Assembly: GCA_977862235.1 (NCBI GenBank)
Contig: OZ374562.1
Location: 744,001-808,000, forward strand
Reading direction: 5' to 3'
DNA length: 64,000 nt
From: Dudresnaya verticillata
Taxonomy: Eukaryota
Within the stretch, counting starts at the first letter, position 1; each line of letters begins with the position of its first letter. The translations under genes and the position numbers were made by a program. This document shows, piece by piece, positions 10,379 to 21,899 of this stretch. The notes under the pieces were generated by a model. It was not told the DNA's origin. It was given only the letters and a program-made list of their open reading frames with translations, and ran no database searches.

Positions 10379-13300
10379 ATGGGGAGGAAGTCCAACAGAA
10401 CGAAGAAGATGCCCGTGACAAATGACCGTAATGAAGTCGGCCTGCACCAGCAACAGATTCTGTTCGCCGACCTGCTCGACGGTTCTCTGCTGAAGCATGT
10501 CGATCCGCTGGCCTATGTACCTCTCGCCAACGTGAGGCCGATCTCCAGGTCCGGAGTCGGACGGCTCAAGTGTATGTTCAGAGTATAAGGAGCGGGTTCA
10601 AGTCAGGGGATGGCGCATGCTCCGGAGGCGATAGGATATGTAGCAGGGAGTGACATTACAGGTATTATTGAGCTCACGGGAGTCCTTCGAAAGCATGTAG
10701 GAGATTATTTCCGAAGTACTCGCAACAAGGAATGAACGCACCGTTCCGAGAAGGAGATACAAGAAACCATGAGTTCGAGAGTGTGGCATAGCTGTAAGAC
10801 CAGCTGCGCCACGTGTGCACTGCTGTGCGCATGCTGTCAGCCGGTGGCGCCAAAGCCCACTGAACTGTAAGGGAGTGCGCAGTGGCGCCCACGTGTGCAC
10901 GCGTTCGCGTGTGACACTGAAACTCCCATGTAATTTCTACGTTTATTGTTGTGTAGTGTACAGCACCGTCTAGTGTAACGCCCTGCTGTCCTGCGCGCCG
11001 TGCACACGCACTCCGGCGCAGAGCCGTTGAGTGCGTGACACGCGCGCGCGCACTCTGGCGTCGAGCCGTTGAGTACGTGTGGACCGTTTCGCCCACGCGC
11101 GCCCCCGGGTTACCGTTACCCGTACGCGTCGACGCGTGTTGGGGCCCGCCGGCGTACCTCCCGGGTTGGTGCCGCCGCAGGCCCTGTAGTATATCTAGTA
11201 GTCGCCCCCCTGGGCTTGAGTAAACAAGGCAAGCCAGCCTACGCGAGGCTTACCCCTTTCTGCTTTGGGTTTCCTTCCCAGTCCTTCGCCCTACGGCTTC
11301 CCTCTTTCCCTAGCCGCCTAGGCTTTCCTTTTCCTTTCCCTACCGTCGGCTTCGTGCCGCCCCACTACGGGGACGCAGGGATCAGGCCGCTGCCGCCCGC
11401 GTACGGTACGCCCCGCTCGCGCTCAGGCTTCGACGCCGTTGATCCGCGACCGTCGACGGCGCGCGAGGCCGACACCACCGCTCTACCACCACCGCTACCA
11501 CCCTTCGACGGGTCTGGGTGCGACTACGAGACCAGCCGCGCTAGACGTAATTTCGACCTGATGTCTATCCCACAGAGAGGGTTCTGGTATGGTTTCGTAG
11601 ACGGCATGCACCGTTAGGTTACAATTATTGAGCTCATGCATACACAGTACGAGATGTGGAAGACATTCTCTTGGCCGGTTATGCATATCAAGGGCGGGGC
11701 GTCTCTGCAGGGTCTGAAACAGTTTGCAACAAACCAGAACCGCAAACATCAGTTTGCTTGTTATGTAGAAACCACGTTCTTTGACGAACTGAAAGGCCTG
11801 CGTGAAGAAGCCGACAGTCTGCAGGCTGAAGCCAATGGAAAAGGGCCGACAGCGAAAGCAGTTGCCGCTGCCTTTTATGGCGCTTCTCATCTTCACGAGA
11901 ATACAATCAGGCAAACAACCCAGGTTGTACTTAGATTGCATAGATCGGCTGTATATTCTATCGGGGAGATTGCAACACAGGAGGATGTAGACTTTGCGGC
12001 CTCGGTGTCCATTCGAAGTGCTGGGGCTGGAGTTTCCAGGCAACTCGTATTGCCTTCGGTCGACTGCCGAGTCTATCGGAATTTTATCCATGTATCTTCA
12101 CTGAAGTCTGCTACAGTGTTTATGAATGCCAGCCGTTCGCCAGACCGGGTACAGGCCCAGATCTGTGCCTTGTACAGGCTGCGGGAAAGGGCCAGAATGC
12201 ATAATTTCAGACCTGCACCTTACAAGGTCACAGTCGGGGAATTCGACAGAACAATAGACGCGTTGGTAGAGGTTAGAAAGTTCGAGAGTCTGAGGGAGTC
12301 CCAGAACTGGCCTGCAGCTAAGTCCGTTCTGGCGACTATTCTATTGCACTCGCGCAAACTGGACCTGGAGGTTATGTCGAATCGTGGGAACAGTCTCATA
12401 CTGAAGTCGATTCTGACCATGTACCGTGACAGCTGCCCGGGGGAGGCCCCGCATAAAATCGACAAATACGACCGCAGATTAGAAGTTGCGCAGGCACGAT
12501 CGTCGTCTAGCACAGATCCAACGCATCCTGAAGAAGTGAAGAGCCCTGACAGTCACATGAATCATGTGTCGTCGGGAGTGATCTTGAACAAAAATGCTTC
12601 TAAATCTTCCCCACAGACAGATGAAGAGAAGGCCAACAACGACAACCGCATTTATCCCGACCATCTGGGCTCCACTGCGAAAAGTGCAACTCGGGATGAG
12701 TCCCTTCCCGTCATCAACGACAATGGAGATGACGACGTCGCACCTCTCCTTTTTCACTCAACGGCCACTACAATCATATCAAAAAGATTGGATACTTGTA
12801 AGAGGCTGAACATGGATGATAGAGACGAAGTCGCAACACCGGACTAGATACTGAAAGCGGAAGGCCTCGAGTTTCACCAAATGTGCTGGCAGAGCTACAA
12901 CCAAAAGTACAGTAAAAGCGAGAGCAAACGGTTTGCCTTCATTCTGTCCGAAACCCCGTACGGTACCCCTGCCTCACAGTCTCGAGCGGGGAAATCATAT
13001 GACAACTACCTCAGAACTTCAGAAATGAACAAGTTGGCTGCGTTTTGCAGGCAGACAATCGCGCCGGGTGGTTGGGTGTTCATACTCGTGTCAATTGAGA
13101 CCTTTGACCCCATGAGACAGGCACTGTCAAAGAATGGTTTCGATTGCCCAACGTATGCATTCGTGATTCTGAAGGATACGGGCACTGTTCAGCAATCCAG
13201 GGGCACCGAGAGGCCTCAAAATGGCGCAGATATAGCCGTTTTTGGGAAAGCACCGGGCATGCATCCATCAGGTTCAGAGGCAGACTTGAAGAGACCATAC

Positions 13301-14110
13301 CACTTGTTTAAATTCCAGTATAAGAGGAAGCTCGCATGTATGTCTTCTGTTCCGGTCTTCAAGAAGAAATTGCTGAGACCTCAGACAAGATCGCCGGTTC
13401 TGACTGAAGAAAAGAATGTTGAATTGCTCGCGGAAGTGCTGAAAACGTTCAGCGCAGAGCATGGGCATGTTCTGCACATGTACGCTGGCAGGATGACGAC
13501 CAGAATAGCGTGTGTTGCCACCAGTCGGAAGTGTACATTCATCGGGCAAAATGCCGACACGTTCAGACATATACACGCAAGGCTATCGCGACTGGCGCAA
13601 GAGGCACAACGTCTCACCTAGGCAGCACCGGTGAAGAAAACATGTAATGCTTCCGAGCAGGCGTCTGAAAAGGTATGTGCACCGGACTCAGAACAAGCTC
13701 CCCTGCAGGCGGGGAGCTCAGAGCGTAAACGAGTGTCTTCTGAAGGGGTGTCTGAACATATGGAACCGTTGGCCAAGCTGCAAAACGTCGAGACAGGAGC
13801 AATGCCTGCCAAAGTCACGGGACAGAATGAGAACCAGGGAGAGGGGGAGACGAAGCCCAACGCCGAGAAAATTGTGGGGGAGATGAAGTCGCTCTCTTGA
13901 TTTAGGGATAGCATGCACGGTACTGCGTTTTCGCCCTTTCAAATGTAAGATCAGCATCTCATTGCAGTCTATGCATTCAAAGCGGCGACAAAAAGCTCCC
14001 ATTTCCGGTACCCCTACACGCATCGGGAGGTAGATGGTGAGGCCCCGACAACTTTGGGTGATATCAAAAGCATTTTCGCTAGGGACGTCAATCAGATGGC
14101 ATTAAAATGA
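10379..14110 (+). pseudogene. ParB-like domain + HTH fused to a beta-class N6-adenine/N4-cytosine DNA methyltransferase; split by a solo LTR and nonsense codons
   Basis: Removing LTR 10782-11574 plus one TSD copy restores one continuous frame, interrupted only by stops (10586, 10733, 11615, 12845, 13619, 13898, about 13946). ParB-like motifs: VRPISRSGVGRLK..WYGFVDGMHR..FATNQN..TFFDEL. MTase motifs: FILSETPY (DPPY-like, 12947-12961), IAPGG, EKNVELLAEVLKTFS..VLHMYAGRMTT..AC (motif X-I, about 13410-13520). The true stop is uncertain. Confidence 0.8.
10782..11574 (+). mobile_element. Solo LTR, family A
   Basis: Termini TGTGGCATAG...CTATCCCACA. 5-bp TSD GAGAG at 10777-10781 and 11575-11579. Homologous to 16037-16973 and 52007-52807. 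Strand inferred from a TATA-like box followed by a pyrimidine-rich tract. Confidence 0.93.
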
Positions 14111-16036
14111 ACTAAGGGAACGAGCTTTTAACGCTCATTGACGAATCAACCGAGCCTTTTGAGACTAGCTTGCGCCCCTTCGCTTCGTCTCCTTACAATA
14201 GATCGACACCAATCCTCTGCTAACCATGTCCAAAGCATCCACCATACAACGCGCGCAAATCAAAACAGTCCACTCCGCGTCCGGGAACCCGCTCCAGGTT
14301 ACACCGCGCTCTCTGGTGGCCTGAGAACTTGGCCACGGTTCAAGTTCGGTTGCAAATGGTGTGCTGCGCCCACGACAATACCCACTCTACTGATGCTCGC
14401 TCCTGGTATCGCTTGCTCCACCCCGCGATTCACGGACAGCGTTGTCATCTTCTCCACCTTGCTTTAACCGAGCTTCACGCATGCAAGACCGCGACTGGGC
14501 CGGGTTCGCCGCGCACTTGTGCAGTCGCTTGGACATCTGGGGCCTGCTGCTCGCAGCAGTAGGAAGGCCGGGGCGGTAGCAGCGTAAGCGGGAAACGTAC
14601 AGCAGGAACAATCGGAAATCGCTGAGTCTTGCGCTTCACGTAAGCGTGAGAGAACGCTTCGTAGGCCATGCCTGGGTTGAACATGTCGAAAAAGAGGGCA
14701 CGGCAGTGCGCGCTGTACATTCTGTTTCACCGTGGATTTTTTATAGGTATGTGCTCTCCTCGTACTGGAGAAGGTATTCCGTATTATTGATAATACGATG
14801 ACAGTTCTGATTGCTTCCAAAAGCCGAAAAGCGTTCTGAGAGCTTCCCTTTTTGCACTGCCGAGAACAGCTGTTTCGTTATCGTTGGGCCCGCAAGGAAA
14901 ATATCTGTTGAAAAGCATTACTCTCGTAGAAAATATGAAGCCTTTTTAGATATTCCCGTTCTGGCCCCATCAATACCCACTGAGAATCATTTGACCGAGC
15001 ACTTCCACGAAAAGCTATGTTGTATTATCCATACTGCACTTTTAGTTTCGCGGAGCTTTCCCTTTGCAAAACCTAAACTATTGTCGTGCCCCTGAGCACA
15101 ATCGTCTTGATCCTGACGCTTCTAACCACAATGATTGTGGGTCTCCGCGCGCTTCTCCAGAAAGCCGCAGAATCTCGTCGCCCCCTTGTGTCACGACCCG
15201 CACCTCCGCTCGTGTTTCTCAGATGGTGTGTCCCAAATCAAGCTTGCGGCATATGCTACCTCGGAGCACTACGTTCGTGGCCTGCATAGTGCTATCTCCA
15301 ATTCAGCCCATGGTGATGACAGTGATGCATACAATCCCAGATGTGCTCGCGCACCCTACACAATGCGCCCTGCCTTGCCCTGGGCGCATACCGCTCTCTA
15401 CAGCCCAAGCACAATAGCGCCATGTGACTATGAGAACTGCCGCGTTGCCGTGCCGATCACTCACCAGCACCCGAGCCCGCATGGGCGCGGTGGATATGTC
15501 TCTGTGCGACCCTAAGCGCGAAGATAACGAGCTGAGTGAGGCATACGCGAGAAAACAGTCGTTTTCATGCTCCTCGAGGCTCTCAACGATGTCTAGCAGA
15601 CACGTTGCGGGGTTGTCGACGGCGGAAAGCTTGCCCTACGGCACGTTCTTGCCCTACGGCAAGTTCTTGCCCAACGGCGCGATGACATAGATCGCTACCG
15701 TGCCCCGTGTGCGGGTGCAACGACACGCTGATGAAGACACGCCGCCCCAGCTCGATTCTCATTCTCTGCATCGTCTGGTTCTACCCCGCTTTCGACGCCC
15801 GATACGACAAGAACCGACCTAGCACACTATTATCGCCTATCCTAGCACACTATTGTCGCCTATGGATCCCACGTGCGCAGGCAGACACGGCTTCATTATT
15901 CTGTTCAGTGGAGGTATGCACTGACTGTCAAGCTGCTGATCTCAGCAGGGGCGAAGGTCAATTGTAGCAGAAAAACCTACTTCTGATTACTGCGGATGAT
16001 GGAAGGCTCGAGGTTGTGCAGATAGGACTTGATACA

Positions 16037-16973
16037 TGTGGCATAGACGTCAGGTCGAACTGAAATCTAGCTGCGCTGGTCGATCAGTAGCACCCAGACC
16101 CGTCGAAGGGTGGTAGCTGTGGTGGTAGAGCGGTGGTGTCGGCCACGCGCGCCGTCGACGGTCGCGGATCAACGGCGTCGAAGCCTGAGCGCGCACGGGG
16201 CGTACCGTACGCGGGCGGCAGCGGCCGGATCCCTGCGTCCCCGTCGTGGGGCGGCACGAAGCCGACGGTAGGAAAAGGAAAAGGAAAGCCTTGGAGGCTA
16301 GGGAAAGAGGGAAGCCGTAGGGCGAAGGACTGGGAAAGAAACCCAAAGCAGAAAGGGCAAGCCTGGCGTAGGCTGGCTTGCCTGGTTTACTCAAGCCCAG
16401 AGGGGCGACTACTAGATATAATACAGGGCCTGCGGCGGCACCAACCCGGGAGGTGCGCTGGCGCGCCCCAACACGCGTCGACGCGTACGGGTAACGGTAA
16501 CCCGGGGGCGCGCGTAGGCGAAACGGTCCAGACGTACTCAACGGCTCGACGCCGGAGTGCGCGCGCGCGTCACGCACTCAACGGCTCTGCGCCGGAGTGC
16601 GTGCACACAGCGCGCAGGAAAGCAGGGCGTTCGACCGCCGCTTACACTAGACGGTGCTGTACACTACAAAACAATAAACGTAGAAATTACATGGGAGTTT
16701 CAGTGTCACACGCGAACGCGTGCACACGTTGGCGCCACTGCGCACTCCCTTACAGTTCAGTGGGGCTTCGGCGCCACCGCTGACAGCGTGCGCACAGCAG
16801 TGCACATGTGGCGCAGCTGGTCTTACAGCTGCGCGCGCCACTGCGCACTTCCTTACAGTTCAGCGGGGCTTCGGCGCCAACGGTTGACAGCGTGCGCACA
16901 GCAGTGCACACGTGGCGCAGCTGGTCTTACAGCTGCGCGTGCGTGGCACAGCTGGTCTTACAGCTATGCCACA
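16037..16973 (-). mobile_element. Solo LTR, family A
   Basis: Termini TGTGGCATAG...CTATGCCACA. TSD ATACA at 16032-16036 and 16974-16978. Inverted copy of 10782-11574 with an internal tandem duplication of about 100 bp. Confidence 0.95.
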
Positions 16974-17047
16974 ATACAAACGCATAGAATGGTTTCAATG
17001 CGGAAATAAGAGGGCAGCTGGATAAGCATATGGAGGTTCTCGATTAC

Positions 17048-19478
17048 CTACCTCCTCTTCACCTTGCTACGTCCAAGGGCCGCCATGACGTCGCAGAATT
17101 GCTTTTGCGCCATCATCGATGATAATTGCTTGATGGCATTCCTAGAAAGGTCACTGCTGCACGCGACGCGTGCACGGACTCTTCCTGAAAGCCCCGCCCC
17201 ATTGAGGAATCGAAGAAGTTCCAGGAACATTTTCTGGGACTTGCGAACTAACGCTACAACTCACTGGTGTGGTCTTGATTGAACCTTTACTCAATGTAGC
17301 TATGCAATCCTTGCGCAATAGTCTTGATGAAGACTCTCGCGAATCTTCTTTTGTACATTGACGGGGATGCGAAGTGCTTGTGAATCCACTAAATTCCACG
17401 AGCACCGAGCCAGTTGGAATCTTTCCAATCCATGGCGCTTAGTCATCTAAGATGGAAGGTTGATACCGCAGGCTATATGCGTCATGCCGTTCTTGCTCAA
17501 TTGCTTCGTACCAAGATATCTGCAGCTGCACCGATTTTGCCTTCCTGCCTCGTGTGCTGCGCACCACCTCTTGAATCTTCGCAATCTATAAGGGGCATTC
17601 CGGAGTGCTGCCCTCATAGCGAATGGCAACGAAATTATTGCGCAAGAATGGAACTTGTGTGTCCTCCATTAGGTCTCTCTTGTTTACTTCGGGACGGAAC
17701 TCGAGCTCGTGCTCTTCTAGCCCTTCCCTTGCGTATTTCCCATTGGTTTCCAAGACAGGATCTAGATCCCAGTGAAAGGGTTCCGTCCTTTCGCGATAGA
17801 TTTCGTCCCGCAACTTCCGAAGCTCTTCATGTTTTCTACGTATTTTATCCGCGCTTCTTCGGATCGAATCCAATCACCAATTTCTTTCAAATCGGGGGGA
17901 GAACCCGCCCGAGATGGAGGGGTTTTGGACAAGTCAGGGGGAACACAATGAAACCATTCTGCGAACTGCATGTGAGTAGCGGTTTCCACTCATCGTCGCA
18001 CTGCACACGGGCCTGGCACCCCGTCTGGAAACGCGCATTAGCTCCTTCCGCCTCTCCCGCCACCCTAAAGAAACGGAAGAACCTGTAGTGTGAAAAGGTT
18101 TCCACCTTCCCTGTACACTTAGAATCCTGACAAAGACCTGAGAAGCCTGTAATGTGCAGTATTCTTGCAACGTACGGCTGCGGCTGGTAGGATTTGCTCC
18201 GCACTTCTATCATATCATCCATAATTACGGAATCTCTTGTCTCCAACCTCCTTACGGTACAACTGAAAGTCTGATCAATATCAGGGTGAGTTTATCCTAT
18301 CGGCAGAAATAAGGTTTGGACCTCTTGAAAAAATCCCACGCTACTAGACTTTCCAGGTAGGAGAACATGAACCTGTTCTTGTTCTCTCTGGTACAGTTGT
18401 CCAATTGCAGCAGCAGCGTTGGTTGCAGATTCCCACTTGCTTGCATGAGGCTGAGCGATCTATGTATTGCTTCTATTAAATGATTGGCACCGGATTCGTA
18501 CTCCGCCGTCATGACGAAAAGGCACAGCCTATTCTTAGGTCCATGTTCCAGGACGCCAATACGTTTCACCCTGATTGCATGGTCTACTGTAGCGTTCGTG
18601 TTGACAAAGAAGTGCGGCAGCCCAAACGCGGACTGTTCTGCCCCGTCTACCATTATAGAGTAATACTCGTCAGAGAACATTATCGCCTTCTCGGCAGTCC
18701 TTTTGTACTGAACGCGCCCTTTCCAGCCCATGGCCAGATGCTGTCGCTTGCGCATCTTAAAGGGCCTCCCCGCCCGCTTGTCGGTCCCTGTCTTGGCAAG
18801 ACCATCGCGAATCTCCTCACACTCTGTGCACTTCGTCAAGCGACGTACTTTTCGGGCCCTAATGTGGGCAAAGTGTGCCTTGCATGTAGCGTAAAAGTAG
18901 ATCGCTCTTGCAGGTGCCTCACCACTATACAAAATCCCCTGGTCTTTTGTGAATTGCTCGTACACAGTCTTCCTGTCAAAGTATGGCAGATGCAATTCCG
19001 CTCTGTCCGGCATACGGTCTGCAGTAGCTTCAGAAATCCGCTCGAGGTGCGAAAAGAATCTGTTCCGTCGGTCAGAATTTGCGTCTCAAGGCGTGGCAGT
19101 GATAAGGGACGACGAGCCGCCGAACGTCTTGACAGACGTTTGCAAGTCACGTGAAAACCTGAACGCTTTATCCATGAAATTGTAGCACAATAGAGCGCCA
19201 TTGAACCGGTACAATCTGTCAGGCTGGAGCAGGCGGGATAGATAGTCCCTCCGTCGTTTTTGCATCATCAGAACACGACGAGCTTCAGCCTTGAGGTAAA
19301 TCTGCTCACAGGCATGGAAACATTTCTTCGTAGAACAGCACTTCTTGCGCTCCCAGCCTTCCGTGTCTATCCTCGCTAAAGCAGCCTTGTGTCTTATCAT
19401 CAAGGCAGTCTCGTCCTTCTTGGGCCTCTTACTGACACGTGAACGACGACGATACATCCGCTTCTTGTAAACAGCCAT
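17048..19478 (-). pseudogene. Sola-like (DUF7869-type) DDD/E transposase, frameshifted
   Basis: CCSTKKC..; MPDRAELHLP; KCTEC..QH; SIMVDGAEQS..LPHF; GAN; LLLQLDNCTRENKN; then after a frameshift FLPIG*THPDIDQTFS (about 18265-18310). C-terminal fragments continue to about 17050. The superfamily assignment is by motif memory. Confidence 0.78.
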
Positions 19479-19574
19479 TACTCTCGTACCGTCTCCTCTA
19501 CCCTCCTGAGAACGGACATGATGAGCTGCTCCTCCAGAATCTGCGTCCTCATCCCGGTAATCCGGATGAGAGAA

Positions 19575-20249
19575 CTACTCTGTTCCATCTACTGCTTCGT
19601 CAGCTGACCTGCTAGCTGGCGTTGCGACATCGTCAGCAGGGTCTCCCTGTGCGCCATCCCGATTGACAAGGTCAAGAGTGGATTCCCAATCCCCATCATC
19701 TTCGCGATAGCCTTCCCCGTCGATTATGTCTGCCACTTCCCTGCCCTCCACGTCGTCTCCCTGGTCTGGTCCTGCTTCTTGGTTTGGACCTGCTCCGTGG
19801 TTTGGCCCTGCTTCGTGGTCTGATCCTGCATCCTGGGTTGATCCTGCTTCTTGGTCTGGCCCTAGTTCCTGTTCTGGCCCTAGTACCTTGCCTGACCCTA
19901 ATCCCTGGTCTGGTCCTAGTCCCTGGTCTGGCCCTGCGGTCCCTGGGTCCGCTTCGGCCATATTTTTGTCGTCTTCAATAATCCCCTTCACCTTGTTATG
20001 AGAGATGTGGTTTGCTGGCTTTCTAGGGCGTGGTCGTAGTGGGGGCTTTTCCACTGGGGTGTACTCCAGAGGAGAATTCTCATCTCTATCATCTTCAGGC
20101 ACAATTTCACACTTTCCCCCGGGTGACATGAATGGGTCTGGATCCCGCACGACGCTGTCTCGACCTCCGGCTTCTGCAGCTACAGGCGCGTTAGGAGGGG
20201 TATTAGGAGGCCCCCTGACCGGCCTTGGGCTGCAAGTGGTGCCCTTCAC
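19575..20249 (-). CDS. Acidic low-complexity ORF with hexapeptide repeats, probably the N-terminal extension of the transposase gene
   Basis: 224 aa, same strand and directly upstream of the transposase; GPDQGL/GPNQEA repeats. Confidence 0.45.
   Translation of the reverse strand: MKGTTCSPRPVRGPPNTPPNAPVAAEAGGRDSVVRDPDPFMSPGGKCEIVPEDDRDENSPLEYTPVEKPPLRPRPRKPANHISHNKVKGIIEDDKNMAEADPGTAGPDQGLGPDQGLGSGKVLGPEQELGPDQEAGSTQDAGSDHEAGPNHGAGPNQEAGPDQGDDVEGREVADIIDGEGYREDDGDWESTLDLVNRDGAQGDPADDVATPASRSADEAVDGTE
19760..19939. repeat. 18-bp tandem repeat, 10 copies
   Basis: Consensus about cctggtctggccctgctt; encodes the GPxQxx repeat on the minus strand. Confidence 0.9.
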
Positions 20250-21127
20250 TGGGCCCGGTTTTTGTGAAGAACCGGATCAGGGTATTCCTCACGGTCCCAT
20301 TCAGGTAACGTTTCCTCTCCAGGGTTCCTCTCTGGCCCTGACTCTATCGCCTCCTTCAGATACACTGCCACCATGTCCTCCAACTGGTACAAATCCGAAC
20401 AGTGTTCACCTTTATCCATGTTTTAGCATCCTAGGAACCGCCCTGTTAGATTAGTACTGAAGCAGGCTGGGTAGGCGCTCTGCTCCGGGTCGGCAGTGCA
20501 CTCGGTGGATCGCTACCCATACCTCCCCGAGGGTTGCTGCTTGCTGAGAGAATGACCGCCAAGGACTGTGCAGAAACGACCGCTTGTGTCCTCCGTGCCG
20601 GGCAGTGAAAGAAAAAGAGTGGCACGAGCCATATGTTTTCCTCTAAGAGTGAGCGAGACGCGCGCACCCCGCTTGACATGGGGTTGAGTACTACTTGCCT
20701 CCGCGGATACAGGGCGACCTGAGGCTTCTTCCATAGCTTTAAAACGCGAGAGAAGGGGCCAGTCCGGCGATGCTTGGGAGGGAGGCAATCAGGAGAGCTC
20801 GGAGGTCACCGGGAGGGTAAAGGTGCAGTGCAGTCACCCATCGTTGGGAGGCATGTCTTAAATAGGCGAGGTTTGCGATTAGCGGCAAGATATCAGGGTT
20901 CCAATTACTGGGTCAGGAACTTGTCTTTGCGGCTATAAACTTCGCATTGGGTGTGGTGTCTCGAAGAACAGCGGATTCATAGTTTGTCGTAGACAAGCGC
21001 TGCGGCCTAGGTACCTTTGGGAGTCGCGTCGTGTAAACCATCAGGACTTCACTGCATTGGAGTCGGATCGAGGGCTTCATAACAAGGAGCTAGTATCAGC
21101 TGCAGTCGAACGGGTTAGCATGAACGA

Positions 21128-21490
21128 CGGGTACGCGCGCGCCAATGAGGCCGGCGAACACGTCGTGCTAGTTGCCCGACGGGCACTCGCGTGGCAATGA
21201 AGCGGGCGAGCACGAGTGACGGGCACTTGCGCGGCAATCAAACGGGAGAACACCAGGGAAGTGCACACGCACGGAAATGAAGCGGGCGAGCAAGAGCGAT
21301 GGGCACACGCGTGGCAATGAAGCGGGCGAGCCCCAGCGACGGGAAGAATGTGCACCGCAGCGAGGAGGGGCACCGGGCTGGGGGAATGGCCGAGTGACAC
21401 AAGGCTGCTGTGAAGCTAGTGTGATCGCGGCCCTGGGGGCGAGCAGGAGCGACAAACAGACGCGCGGAAATCAGGTGGGCGAGCAGCAGG
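21128..21490. repeat. Degenerate repeat array (about 40-50 bp period), possibly subterminal
   Basis: Core gcgtggcaatgaagcgggcgagc and variants near 21137, 21190, 21229, 21269, 21309 and 21462. Confidence 0.7.
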
Positions 21491-21899
21491 AGAGGCGGGT
21501 AGGAGCAGCTGGCAGTGGCGAGAGCAGTGGTGCGGCGAGAGCAGTGGTGCGGAAAGTGCGTTGGCGGCCCTGGGCGCGTGCAGGGCGAGGGCAAAATCTA
21601 ATCAAAAATGGTTGGCAGAAATTACGAAAAGTGGGAAACTTTCGGAAACGTTTCAGGGGGTAAACAGACTGTGTTTAGTACGCCGTAACTTCTGCATTAC
21701 TTAAGCTATGGACAAAACGATTTCACCACTGTTCTCAGCTTACGCTTCTGTTTCCAACAAGGTAACGAAACCGGGGTACAGTTTCATACTGATTTGCAAC
21801 GTTGATTCTGAAAATCTCGAAAGTAGTGTTATATTTGTGTGCTACATCAGTCCCGGGTGCAATCGTCACCTCCATCATGTCCCATAAATGCGAATGTGC

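Noticed and set aside
11035..11617. ORFs inside solo LTRs (also 16050-17009, 51931-52758, 59632-60491)
   Set aside because: GC-rich LTR sequence is open in several frames by chance and shows no protein motifs.
15086..15967. Membrane-anchored RING-finger gene (hydrophobic N-terminus, CGIC, further Cys pairs)
   Set aside because: A full set of RING ligands could not be assembled across frames; at most an unassignable relic.
10782..16973. Long inverted repeats as TIRs of a composite transposon carrying the MTase
   Set aside because: Each repeat has TG..CA ends and its own distinct 5-bp TSD, and the left one interrupts the MTase gene, so they are independent solo LTRs.
19760..21490. Repeat arrays as CRISPR
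   Set aside because: Tandem or degenerate units without unique spacers, no cas genes, eukaryotic context.
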